Shown: piece after piece, positions 50,600 through 62,190 of the stretch
How the letters are laid out: every line of letters begins with the position of its first letter
Position numbering within the stretch: position 1 is the first letter of the stretch
NCBI RefSeq assembly: GCF_018350175.1
Contig: NC_058368.1
Coordinates: forward strand, 200,944,001-201,008,000
Length of the DNA stretch: 64,000 nucleotides
Source: Felis catus
Taxonomy: Eukaryota
Direction of reading: 5' to 3'
Made by a program: the position numbers and the translations under genes
The notes under the pieces: model-generated
The model's input: the letters and a program-made list of their open reading frames with translations, nothing else
Databases searched by the model: none
What the model was told of the DNA's origin: nothing

Positions 50600-51870
50600 A
50601 CATATAAATAATTACCTAACTGGCCATATTCCAAGATAGTTAAGAAGGTAAATGAAAAGAAAATAGCATCAACAAAACCCAAACACTTGAAAATTTTTGT
50701 ATACATCCTTATAAATAACAATTAGTCAAGGAGAAAATTGGATTAACTTTAACAGAATAAGTAAAACGACAACAACAACAAAAACTCATATCAGACCTAT
50801 GAGATGCAATCAAAGTCATATTCAAAGCAAATGTTATTTTCATTATTTTTAAAATAAGTGAAATATTCTTTTAAAGGTTTACTCAAGAGATAGCAAGAAA
50901 AATAAACAAAATCTAAATAATTCAGAAGAAAGTAAATAATGGACCTCCAAGTAGAAATAATTACATAGCAAAACAAGGGACATGATAAACATGAGATTTT
51001 TATAAACAGTTATATGGAAAAGCTCTGGTTAATAAAATTACTTTAATATTAGAAAGGAAATATTTTAACAGCTCTAGGATACATTTTAAAATTAGAACAA
51101 TTGATACTAATATATTTAATAATCTCAAGAAAATAAACAACTACCTAATGAAAAACTTTAGATTCAAATTCAACAAGGACAAATTCGACAAAGACTTTAA
51201 AAGGAAAAAACAAAGCAAAAAAAACTAGAAACTGTCAAAAACAGCACAAACAGAAAAAACATCTCCAGCAACCAATACTTTTACACTTGACTTATTCTAA
51301 GTTTTCAAAACACAGATAATGTCTGTGCTACAAAAATTACTGGGAAACAGATTACAAAAAGGAAAGTTGCCAAATTCACTTTATAAAATAAGAACTATTC
51401 TAAAAATAAATGAATGACAAAGATACAGAGAAATCTGTATATCAAATTCTTTACGACTGCAGACTCACAAAGTCTTTAACAGCCTACAACAAAATGGTCT
51501 TTAGTCCCAGAATCAAACAATTCATCATTATGAAATCTATTAATAAAATTTATCACATAGGCAAGATGAATATAAAAAATAATAAGAGTCTTTCCAATTG
51601 GATACCCAAGACTATAGCAAAAATCCAAAAACCATTAACTAGTATAAGTTTTTAATACAGAAAAATAAAAATGTTTCCTCAACATGATGAAGACTATCAA
51701 GCTTGATCCAAGAGACAGTGTGGGACTTAGTCCAAAGCTTTAGGAAGACACTGTTACTATTGAACATTGTCCTAAGTCTAGCTAGTGAAACCTGGAAAGA
51801 AGAAAGCAAATAATTATTTGCAGATGATATGATGTTAAATCTGGAAAACCCAAATGTATAAAAGATGTAA
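50600..51870 (+). mobile_element. Highly decayed old L1 ORF2 (RT region)
   Basis: ttatttgcagatgatatgatg (LFADDM RT motif) at 51814; gacctatgagatgcaatcaaagtc and other L1 ORF2-like pieces. Confidence 0.75.
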
Positions 51871-51998
51871 AGCAATGTAACACTTGAGCTCACTTAAAAT
51901 GAAATGTGCATGGAAAAACCTAGAACACAAAAGGTATCTTTAGATGGAATTGTAGTCTGTCCTTTTTTGCCACCTTTTGCTGATTTCCAAAATTTCTT

Positions 51999-52218
51999 TT
52001 TTTTAATTTTTTTTAACATTTTATTTATTTTTGAGACAGAGAGAGAGAGAGCATGAACAGGGGAGGGTCAGAGAAAGAAGGAGACACAGAATCTGAAACA
52101 GGCTCCAGGCTCTGAGCTGTCAGCACAGAGCCCGACGCGGGGCTCAAACCCACGGACCGCGAGATCATGACCTGAGCCTAAGTCGGACGTTTAACCAACT
52201 GACCCACACAGGCGCCCC
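51999..52218 (-). mobile_element. CanSINE
   Basis: TSD aaaatttctt at 51989 and 52220. Confidence 0.96.
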
Positions 52219-52334
52219 GAAAATTTCTTAATGCCTAGCAATGTAAACAAAAACAACAAAATTATCTGTGAATGATAACATCTGGCAAAAGGGGTAAAAA
52301 TTTCCCATGAGGCTGAAACTATTAACAGCCTTAT

Positions 52335-52584
52335 GGGGCGCCTGGGTGGCTCAGTTGGTTAAGTATCAAACTCTTGATTTTGGCTCAGGTCATGATCTCA
52401 CAGGTTTGAGGGATTGAGCCCCACATGGAGCCCCACATCAGCCCCTCATCAGGCTCTGTGCTGTCAGCATGGAATTCTCTCTTTCCCTCTCTCTCTGCCT
52501 CTCCCTTTCAAAATAAATAAATCAACTTTAAAAACAACAACTAAAAAAAAAACAAACAAACAAAAAAAAAAAAAACAAAAAAAA
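52335..52584 (+). mobile_element. Older CanSINE with a long A-rich tail
   Basis: ggggcgcctgggtggctcag head; internal triplication at 52416-52452. Confidence 0.93.
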
Positions 52585-52595
52585 GCATAACCATT

Positions 52596-52715
52596 GGGCT
52601 CCTGGATGGCTCAGCCAGTTAAGTGTCCAATTAGGGCTCAGGTCATGATTTCAGGGTTTGTAAGTTCAAGCCCTGCATCAGGCTCTGTGCTGACAGTGTG
52701 GAGCCTGAGCTTAGG

Positions 52716-52763
<48 letters not shown>

Positions 52764-52822
52764 TCTTTCTCTCGCCCTCCCCAACTTGCACATACAATTT
52801 ATCTCTCAAAATAGATAATCAA
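52596..52822 (+). mobile_element. CanSINE
   Basis: Full body with long (CT)n. Confidence 0.93.
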
Positions 52823-53006
52823 CTCTTTACATCATTTTATACAAATATATATCCCAGTCATTTCAACAGACTTATGTTATAGATTTTTATATGGATTTGC
52901 TACAAATTACTTGTCCCTTCCTAATGGAATTTAAATTGTTCCAGGTTTTAATTTTTATAGTTAAGGCTTTAATGAGCATTCTTGTATATATGTCTTTATG
53001 TACTTA

Positions 53007-53537
53007 TGTATTATAGTAATCAATTACTATATAACAAACTACCACGAAATTTAGCAGTCAATCATCATAATTTATTTTGTCTCAAGGTTTTGTGTGTCAG
53101 GAATTCGTCGGTGATTCTTCTGTTTCACATGACATGAATGTCAGTCATTCAGTGGAAGTTAGGTGCCAGATGTGCTGTCTGGGGTTCAAGGCAACTTCCC
53201 TCTTATGACTGGTGCCTTGACAAGTACCGTTAGAAAGCTGGACTCAGCTGGGACTATTGACAGAATTGCTTATACATAGGCTGTTCTACATAGCAAACTC
53301 AGTGGATTTGGGCATCTATGTAGCAACTCAGTGCTCAAAAAAGAGTGTTCCAAAAGGCCCAGATGATAGCTGCAAGGTGTCTTATGACCCAACTTTAGAA
53401 GTTCCATGACATCACTTTTGCTACTCTCTGCTAGCCAGGGAATTTACTATGGCCAGCCTGAAGTTAAAGGGCGAGAAAGAAAACTCTGCTTCTCAATAGA
53501 AGTAATAAATAATTACAGCCATCTTTCATTTAACACA
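53007..53537 (-). mobile_element. MLT1H/G-like MaLR solo LTR inserted in an old antisense L1 3' fragment (~52830-53630)
   Basis: tgtatt...ataacaaactaccacgaaatttagc; gctggactcagctgggact; agctgcaaggtgtcttatgacc; cagccatcttt...aacaca. Confidence 0.82.
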
Positions 53538-53634
53538 GTGAATAAATTAGAGTTCCTGGAGGTGTAATTGCAGGGTCAAAGGGTACGTACATTTTAAATC
53601 ACATGCAAAGAAGTTTATACCAAAGAAATTTTTA

Positions 53635-53795
53635 AAAATTTTAGTATGTACTTTTTTTTGAGAGAGAAAAAGAGAGCACAAGTCGGGGAGAGAGACAGAG
53701 AGAGAGAAGGCATGGAGCCTAATATGGGGTTCCATCCCACAACCTTGGGATCATGACCTGAGCTGAAACCAAGAGTCAGACATTCAACTGACTAG
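53635..53795 (-). mobile_element. Partial CanSINE
   Basis: gggatcatgacctgagctgaaaccaagagtcagacattcaactgact; head missing. Confidence 0.85.
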
Positions 53796-53829
53796 GGAGA
53801 TGCGACCCACATACCTAACATTCTCCATC

Positions 53830-54530
53830 ACAAAGTGTCAATTAGAAATTACATCTTCTATAAGTAATAGAAAATTCAACTAATAATGACTTGAAACATA
53901 ACACTTACTCTTAACAACAAACCAATTCCAAGATATTCTCAGATTCAGTTTCTTTCTATCTTTTCACTCTACTATTCTTTTTTTTTTTTTAATTTATTTA
54001 TTTTTGGGACAGAGAGAGACAGAGCATGAACGGGGGAGGGGCAGAGAGAGAGGGAGACACAGAATCGGAAACAGGCTCCAGGCTCCAAGTCCTCAGCCCA
54101 GAGCCTGACGCGGGGCTCGAACTCACGGACCGTGAGATCATGACCTGGCTGAAGTTGGAGGCTTAACTGACTGCGCCACCCAGGCGCCCCTCACTCTACT
54201 ATTCTTAAATGTTGGCTCATTATCTTCATGATGGTTGCCTTATGGGAAAGAAATGGCTGCCTTAGCACCAGACACAATGTTCATATTCAAAACTTTAAAA
54301 AATGGAGAATGAGCTCTCCTGTCACATTATTCTCCTTTGTAAGGTAGCAAAAACTGTCTTAAAAGTTCCCCCGTAAGCATCTTATTGGTCGTACATGGTC
54401 ACCCCTTGTGCCCAAGGAGGCTGGGAGATACTTTACCTGACTTTCCAGTCTCTATTTTGAATTGTTAAAGGAGAAAGAGATTGGGAGGGCATGATTTTTC
54501 TGTTAGTGAATCAGCAGCTCAGCCATACAA
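53830..54530 (-). mobile_element. Old MLT1 (I/J/K-like) LTR split by a SINE
   Basis: aagtaatagaaaattcaactaataatgacttgaaaca; aaatggctgccttagcaccagac; cttattggtc...atggtcacccct...aaggaggctgggaga. Confidence 0.65.
53980..54190 (-). mobile_element. Young felid CanSINE (SINEC_Fc-type)
   Basis: 16-bp TSD tcactctactattctt at 53964-53979 and 54191-54206. Confidence 0.97.
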
Positions 54531-55164
54531 GACAAAACAGAAAGCAGACTAAGTCTTGGGAAAAGGTTGAAGAAGTTTATCAAAGAATGTTTCTAGAATA
54601 GAAATAAGAAATTTTTGTGGGTTACATATGGTCCAGCTTAATTTCCTGGTATAAGGCTAACAAGTAATGGACCCCAAGATTTTCTTAGTCTTTATTCAAG
54701 ATCGCTTTTCTTGTAGACTCCAAAAGGGTAGATTTTAGTGAACTTGCCGTGGACTGTGGAATTTAGAATTGTCTTTCTTTTTTTCCTCTTCCTCTTCCCC
54801 CTCCTCTAAACCTGGCTTTAGTATCTGCTTTCCATTTGTAAAATTTATGTTTTCTTTTTTAATATTTGGAGAAAAGGACAAAGAAAGTTGTCAGGAAAAT
54901 AACACGATGTAGAGGAACAAACAAGAACTTTGGAGACCCTGAATAAGGACTCAAGGTTTTATTCCTATATCTGCTGCTAATTATAAAATCTGGGGCTCTT
55001 GTCTGTCTTATTGAACTTTTAGTTTCTCGATCTAAAGCGAGGAAGTGGCAAAAGACTGCATTCTGGGCTATATTCTATTATTTCATCACGATCCTGTCAC
55101 ATACTGGCCAAAAGCATGGTTAAGCTTAAAGAAAGCTGGCTTCTTACTAACTGGAGTCACGTCA

Positions 55165-55400
55165 ATCATCATCGTCATCATCTTCATCACCATCTTCATT
55201 GTGCATGTAATGCTGGGCAATATGCAAAGTACTGTATGGAGATTATATCATATTCAATCCTTAGTATAACACAGATGCTGCAAATTTTATTCTTATCCCC
55301 ATCTTTAGAACTGATACAGTTGAGACTAGGAGTAGTTATTTGCCTAGAAGTGCTTGGAAATTTACAAGTTCTGGAATTAAACAAAGTTATCATTGATCAC
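55165..55400 (-). mobile_element. MIR with a (CAT)n-like tail; a weaker + strand MIR fragment lies at ~54905-55040
   Basis: attcttatccccatctttagaa...gagactaggagtagttatttgcctaga. Confidence 0.6.
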
Positions 55401-57639
55401 AGTAGCTAACTATCATTGATTAACTGAGGAAGATCTCAAAGAGCTATAAGATTAGTGTAATTGTTTTGACTTTCAAATAAAACTTGTTTATGAAAATAGT
55501 ACCAAAATACGAACATACAAGCTCTTGATATTTTGCCAACATAATCTCGCCAGAATGATCCAACGACAGGACCTGTGTTCACTTTGAATGTTTGCAAGCA
55601 GTCCACACAGCTTCAGGAGATGCAAGGGCACTCAAGAACAGCCATTTACAAAGTTGACTAAATATTGATGAGGAGTAAGACAGACTGATTTTTTGATAGT
55701 TTTTTAGCTCCAAATCCCAAGAGATAAACTTTAAAACAGAAAAAAAAAGTGGCAGAACAGCCTGTGATAAGATAAAATAATGGAAGGATTTGTTATATTG
55801 CCCTCATGCACTAAGTAGATTAAAAGGTAGCCGTGGTCAGAGCAGAACGATAGACAGCAAATCGAATAGAGCAGATACAACAGGAAGCTTGTAATAGCCT
55901 TAGGTTGAGAAAGAAACAGATCCTTTGCCAAAGCAAACTCCTGCCAATGCTACTTCTACACAAAATGGTTGGCAGTCAGCCTGCAGTGTGCTGCTTGGGG
56001 CCAGGCGCCCATGAGGGGACAGTGTGGAACTGCTATTTACATGCTCAGAAGGTAGAAAGGCAAGACTGTTTCTTTCCCCTTTTTCTTTTGTTGCTATAAC
56101 TGAATAGGAAAATATTTTTATTTTCTGCACAAGGCTTGGAAGGGTGCTCCAGACAGCTGTGCAGAAACATTTGCACCTGAACAAAAAAAGAAACCAACTC
56201 CAAAGAGGGAAGGGGTGCTGACGTGAATCAAAATTTATCCTGTATTTAATGACAGTTTGGTGAAAATATCTGTTTTCAGAGACAGAGTCTCCTGCAAAGC
56301 TTAGAAACCAGCTGTGCCTAGAAGTATACACCTGAAACCTAACAAGCAAAATAGGAAGCTAAACAATTTGTGAATAAAGGTTTTTCTTTCCTGTTTAAAG
56401 CTAGATTGGCAAATATTTGTATTTTCCATGGGGAAAAAAGAAGTATTCATTGAATGGTATTTCAAAACATACTGGATAGAATTACAAGTTTAAAAGCCAT
56501 TTATACACTTGTACACCAACAAAGCAGTTAATTTACAGCAAGAACCACAAATCTTTAATGAGTTTAAATTTGAGGATGAGAAGACAGAGAATAAAAACTG
56601 GTATCTCCATAGACATAACTACGGTGTAGAATCTGACAATGCCAGCACCTCAGAGGCGTGTCTAAACAATGACGTCACTTGCCAAGGCACACTGGAATTA
56701 GATGTAGGATCTTTTGTGTCAAGTAGCCACCAGATGGGCTATGAACAACCATCAGATGGAAATGGGGAGACAAACATATAAGAAGGGTAGTACTGGACAC
56801 TTTCTCTTCAACTTTCGTCAATGCTTTGTTTGCTTACTTGGAATCCCCTAGTTGGAAAGAGAAATAAGAAATGTGTCATAAGCTCACTTTCAATCATAAA
56901 GATGACAATAGTCATTATCTTTAGATCGCAAGCTATTCTGGCCACCACTGCATGTGATAGAGATGTAGGACAGGGCAGTGAGGGCAAGAATGGTGGTTGC
57001 ACTGCATTCCGAGATGTTGAGGTAGAGTTAGCCCACTAGAAAGATGATGCTATGTCGGTGACCCACAGTGTAGTAACCTTAATAGGTATTTTCCTGAAAT
57101 GGAAATCCTACAAACCAGGATTACGTAGATAATTTCCAGTGGTACTTAATTTTTTACAACCTGCATTGACATTTTCTAGGACTTGTATTTTACAACCCTG
57201 TTGGGACACTGAGGTGATTTCTTTTTCCAAAACTAGGCCCCATACATTTTAAAACAACTCTGAGTTCATTAGTTTTTTCCAACTATTAAACCACATTATT
57301 TATTTGGTGGAAATGACCCTATGTCTCCTTTTTATTGGAATGTCTCAACTGGAGAACCCAAATCTGAGCTGGCCTTTTGTATATATCAGGCAGGTAATCA
57401 CCCAAAGGGTACGATTTGAGGAATGCCAGAAGACTACCTAAAGAAAAATTCTACCTTCCGTGTTGCCCGAGTGTCCATTATTTGGTGATTCAATGACTTA
57501 CATAATCCTCTTTTACAAAGCAAATACCATTCCTGAGATAGGTAAAACCTCGGCATGAAAGAAGTTAGCCAGTTGTTTTGCTCCCTATATTGTCAATACA
57601 GAGACAGACAGCCTTCTTTCGCAGCACTCCAGCAGGCAA

Positions 57640-57930
57640 CCTCATTTTTGTCTTTTAAAATCCAGTTCAGTTGTGTGACTTTAGCATTTCTGCCTCAAGG
57701 GAAATCAACTGCTCCTTTTTCTTGGCCACCACAGACTTCGTACAGAGTATCTTCACAGTGTGCATCCACATGTTTTATAATTTGTTGTTCAGTTGTGTCT
57801 ATTTTCCTACTGGATTGTGAGTTCCTATAGGCTAAAACTGGGTGTGGCTCTTATTTATCTTGATATCCCCAGGATCTATTGTAACACTTTAATGAATTGC
57901 AGTGTTTCTTTAAAAGAATCAATGACTTAA
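57640..57930 (+). mobile_element. L2 3' fragment
   Basis: tcttttaaaatccagttcagttgt; ctactggattgtgagttcctataggc; atcttgatatccccagg. Confidence 0.7.
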
Positions 57931-58908
57931 GAAGTGCCAAACACAGGTGATTCCTACATTACTCTCTTGTTTACAGTATAAGTCAGTCCTACATCTAACT
58001 TTGTGTGAGTTCAGTCAAAATGGCTGATTTGTTTATTCTGCACATATTTGCTAAGCCAAATTTAAGAAAACACATTATCCAGATATTAGATAATCAAAAT
58101 ACAGTTGTGTACCAAAAGAGGAGGGATGGAATGGGTCTGCCTGGGATCTACCCATTAAGGGTTTGCATTATCCATAGAGATTGTAAAACAGTGATAAACT
58201 ATCTAACCACAAGTCTGTCTTTTATTATAATTACCATGTGTTGGTAATTCTAAGCAATCTTATTGATAAAATTATGCTCCTCACTAGGGAAGACTATGCC
58301 CTTAACTCTTTCTCCTGGGTTCACTACTGCCAAAATGTATTGCTATCATTTATATTCATTTCATTCCATATATTCTTATGTTCCAAGGCAGACCCTGATT
58401 TCTCAACTTCATCACTTGTATAGTAATTTCGGATCAGGCTTTTAGGTATTTTATTGGATTTTCTGTTCCACAAGGTATAAAATTTGGTTGGGAGATATTC
58501 TGACTCTCTAGGCTCCATTTCCTACTAAAACCTGAGCAAATTATACAATTAATTAGAAAACGTGAGTTACATTGGTTCTCAGCAGGTCAGGGATTATGAG
58601 TCCAACATTTCTTCAATTATATTTTTATTTATAATCTATCTTATTTTTTTTATTTTACCATAAAATTGTGTAAGTCTCATTTATATTGGCAGGACAAATC
58701 AATTAGTTGGCATAAATGAATAAATGTAGGAAACATTTGTTGTTAGTAGCTGCTCAGCCAACTCAATTTGGACAGTCATTTCTCTAATGGTGAACACCAC
58801 AGGAGAAAATGTGCAAAATGTTTTCAAAGACCTACACATACTGTTGCTGGATTACATATTTAAAGGAGACAAAGCAATGTCTCTTTACCTTCAATAAATG
58901 TATGTCCT

Positions 58909-59038
58909 GGGGTGCCTTGGTGCCTCAGTCAGTTACGCGTCCAACTTCAGCTCAGGTCGTGATCTCAAGGTTTGTGAGTTCAAGCCCCATATGGGGCTCT
59001 GCACTAACAACTCGGAGCCTGGAGCTTGCCAGATTCTG

Positions 59039-59084
<46 letters not shown>

Positions 59085-59142
59085 CCTCCCACACTTGCCC
59101 TCTGTCTTTCTCAAAAATAAACATTAAAAAAATTAAAAAAAG
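58909..59142 (+). mobile_element. CanSINE
   Basis: 13-bp TSD aaatgtatgtcct at 58896 and 59143. Confidence 0.96.
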
Positions 59143-60274
59143 AAATGTATGTCCTAACAGTACAAATAGAGAACATGTATTTTTCCAATAATCTCAAGTC
59201 CAAATCTGAATAAAAGGAACATGTGTAGCTTATAAGAATTGCCAAACTGAAGTCACCCAGACATTTGTATAGTTGCCAGCTAAGGATGTTTCGTGAAAAG
59301 ATTTTGGCATCTTCACTGAGAAGAATCTTATGGGTTAGAGACATCCTGTTTCTATGCGAGCCCTTCACGTATCTTTTCTTCAAAAAGAGTTCAAACACTG
59401 GCAGGTTAATATTTTGATATATTAGCCAACAGGATCTCTCTCTGTAATTACGTGTACCTCATGACCTTTCCCAGAGCTCTTACAACCAGGGTCTTCCAAG
59501 TTCATTTCTCAGGGAAGAGATATAAGAAGAGAAATCCAGAGCCAACGGAAGAGTCAAATTACTGGCTTTTGAGGAAGCCTGGATTTACGGAAGGGAGTGA
59601 GAGGCAAGAGTCCAGAAACTTCAGAGAAGTAAGAAATGGCAACTAGTTTTGTCCAGCTGAAACAGAGGACTTGCTCTGGAGTAATCAAAGCTGTACATTC
59701 AATACATTGTGTATCAGTGTTTGAAGGCTGATGTAGGTAGATGTGGATTTAGTAGGAAGCAAGAAATAGTATTCTATGCAAGGGCAAGTGCATTTATTTA
59801 AACAAATTTTCTAGTTCTGAAAAAGTTTGAGAGCAGCTGGAGTACTCATTCTTGGCCAACTCTCCCTCCCAACAACCTTCTGTCACTATTCTATGACTAA
59901 CATAACTGTCATGAAATGCTGGAGTATGCAGGAAAGTTCAGATATATCCAAAACACAGGGTCCTCAGGAAAAGGATGTACAAGTTGGGTTTTACTGTTTA
60001 TACTTAGGGGAAGTTCTGAGAATAGGTTTCTGATAAAATGCTTTATGTCAATGAAGGCAAGTTACCTGTGCTGAGGAAGGTATCATGGAGAAGAGCTAGT
60101 TCAGGCGGAGGATAACCTTTACCTGTTTCAACTTGTGAACAGGGTAGTCTTAAACCAAGATGCCCAAGCATTTGCCACTGGCCCATTTATGGAAGAATCC
60201 CACATAATTGTACACTGATTGTTAACCTGTCTGCTCTAAGGAACCATAACAGCTTGAAAAGAACAGCACCCACG

Positions 60275-60510
60275 AGGCAATACAGCAATGTTGTTAACTT
60301 GGAGCCTCTGGAATCTAATTGCCAGACTTAAAATCTGAGCTGCTCTCTAGAATCACAGTAGTATGATCATAGGCAAGTTAATTCATCTCTCTGTGTCTCA
60401 GTTTTCTCATCTATGAAACTTTAGAGTGTCATTGTGACAATGAGAACTGTGAGCACTTGGGAAGGACTTTGGGACATATGAACATGAGCTCCTGCTTTTC
60501 AAATTATCAT
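60275..60510 (+). mobile_element. MIR
   Basis: ggcaagttaattcatctctctgtgtctcagttttctcatctatgaaa core. Confidence 0.85.
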
Positions 60511-60557
60511 TACGCAGCCCTTACCTACCATGAATAAGATGGAACATTGTAAGCTCT

Positions 60558-60862
60558 TTTATGGGCTGAATAATGCCCCTCAAATGGGTCATTTCATAAT
60601 CGTCAGAATCTGAGTATTACCTTTCAATTAGACTTTGTAGATGGGATTAAATTAAGAATCTTGAAATGGGGAGACTATCCTACATCCACTGAGTGGGTCA
60701 ATATAATCATTATGGTCCTTAGAAGGGAGCACAGAAGTCAGAGTCAGAAAAGTAAGCAATAAGATGACAGATCTGAGATTGAAGTGATGGTCTTCAAGAT
60801 GAAAAGACAGCGCATAAGCCAAAGGATAGAGGCAGCTATAGGAAGCTAAAAAATCAAGACAA
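60558..60862 (+). mobile_element. MLT1D-like LTR, 5' part
   Basis: tgggctgaataatgcccctcaaa; gactttgtagatgggattaaattaagaatcttgaaatggggagactatcct; taagccaaagga. Confidence 0.85.
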
Positions 60863-60904
60863 TTATAATATATAAGTTATCAAGACAATGATAATTATAA
60901 GTTA

Positions 60905-61930
60905 TCATTTTAGTGTTCCGAACCTTCAAATGAAATCTGGCAAGGTATTTTTATGCTCATTTTACAGAGAAGGTAATGAATTTAGAGAGCACTTGTAACT
61001 TGCTCAAGATTAAGTGTCTACAAAGTGGGGAATGAGAATACCACCTTGGGATTGCCTGATTCCACACACAACACTTGTGATTCCAAGGTGTTCCTATCTC
61101 AAGGTCCCATCTTAGGGAAAACCAGTTACTTTATTACAACATATCTGTACAGGTACAACGTATCTGTACATGGAACAGTATCCACTCACTTCCAAATTCC
61201 ACCTTATTTTCACCAAATTTAAAAAAAGACAGCAAGAGGAAGTCTTTTGTTAATACATGCACAACTATTATCAGCAGCTACAAGGATGAGTGGCTATAGT
61301 CAAAAGATTTGAAGTCAGAAGAGATTTGATTCCCAAATTGGCCATACCATTGTTATGTGACCAATAATTTTCTTAATATCTCAGGTACTATAATTAACAC
61401 ACAAGATTTTGAGAAAGGGTGAAGGATTTAATCAATATTAAATTTGTTTATGTGACGTGCATATAATTGCAATCATGCTTAACCTTTATTGAAAGCTGAT
61501 TACACGCATGAAACTTTTCTAACCACATTACATGGACTATCTCATTTATTTGAACACTATTGCTAGCCTGCAGGCATGCTTGAAGCAGTATAAATGATGA
61601 CTTAGAGCACAAAATCACAGGCCAAACTATAGACTTAGACAACTTACTTCTCTATACCTCAGCTTCCTCATCATACATTGACAATAATCATTATTCACAT
61701 CGTAGATCTGATATAGAAGAGAATGTGTGTGTGTGTGTGTGTGCGTGTATTCAGTTTTAAGAACTGTATGTCTGCCACAGAGTGCTTCCTGTCTAAGTAT
61801 TTGCAGTTATTATCAAGCCCACACTTTACTGATGAGGAAATTACTTGCAGTAATTACTTCTCCCACATGAAGAAGCTTGTAGGGACTGGGGTGCTGAAAC
61901 CAAGTTTCAAACCCACAAACTTTCTATGTT
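60905..61930. mobile_element. Cluster of MIR fragments (60905-61100 minus, 61285-61520 plus, 61600-61700 plus, 61760-61930 minus) with (TG)n at 61724-61748
   Basis: cattttacagagaagg...taacttgctcaagat; cctcagcttcctcatc; cccacactttactgatgaggaaatt. Confidence 0.7.
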
Positions 61931-62041
61931 GTTTCCTAGTATTAAAAAACACCTGATGTTCATATAATATATGTTATATAATAAAAATTATATCAAGATT
62001 TATAAAAAGGATTTTAAAATGTTGTTATTTACTGGGGGAGG

Positions 62042-62055
62042 AGCCAAGATGGCGG
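62042..62055 (+). promoter_or_regulatory. YY1 motif of the L1 internal promoter
   Basis: agccaagatggcgg at the canonical position near the L1 5' end. Confidence 0.8.
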
Positions 62056-62190
62056 AACAGCATGGAAGCTTTTTGTGTGTCCCGCATCCATGAAATACAG
62101 CCAGACGAACACTAAACCATCCTACACACCTAGAAAACTGATTGGAGGATTAACACAACAATCTGCACAACCTGAGCCACAGAATTCAGC

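Noticed and set aside
55116..55409. His-rich ORF
   Set aside because: Arises from a (CAT)n-like low-complexity tail of a MIR.
55900..56349. 149-aa minus-strand ORF
   Set aside because: Non-ATG start, F/S/L-rich composition typical of non-coding DNA, no recognisable domain.
56509..56781. 90-aa hydrophilic ORF that looks superficially protein-like
   Set aside because: TTG start, no family I recognise and no convincing splice sites; would need PhyloCSF or tBLASTn support.
73..59142. Possible SINE strand bias indicating host-gene orientation
   Set aside because: About 20 minus versus 15 plus copies is not a meaningful bias.
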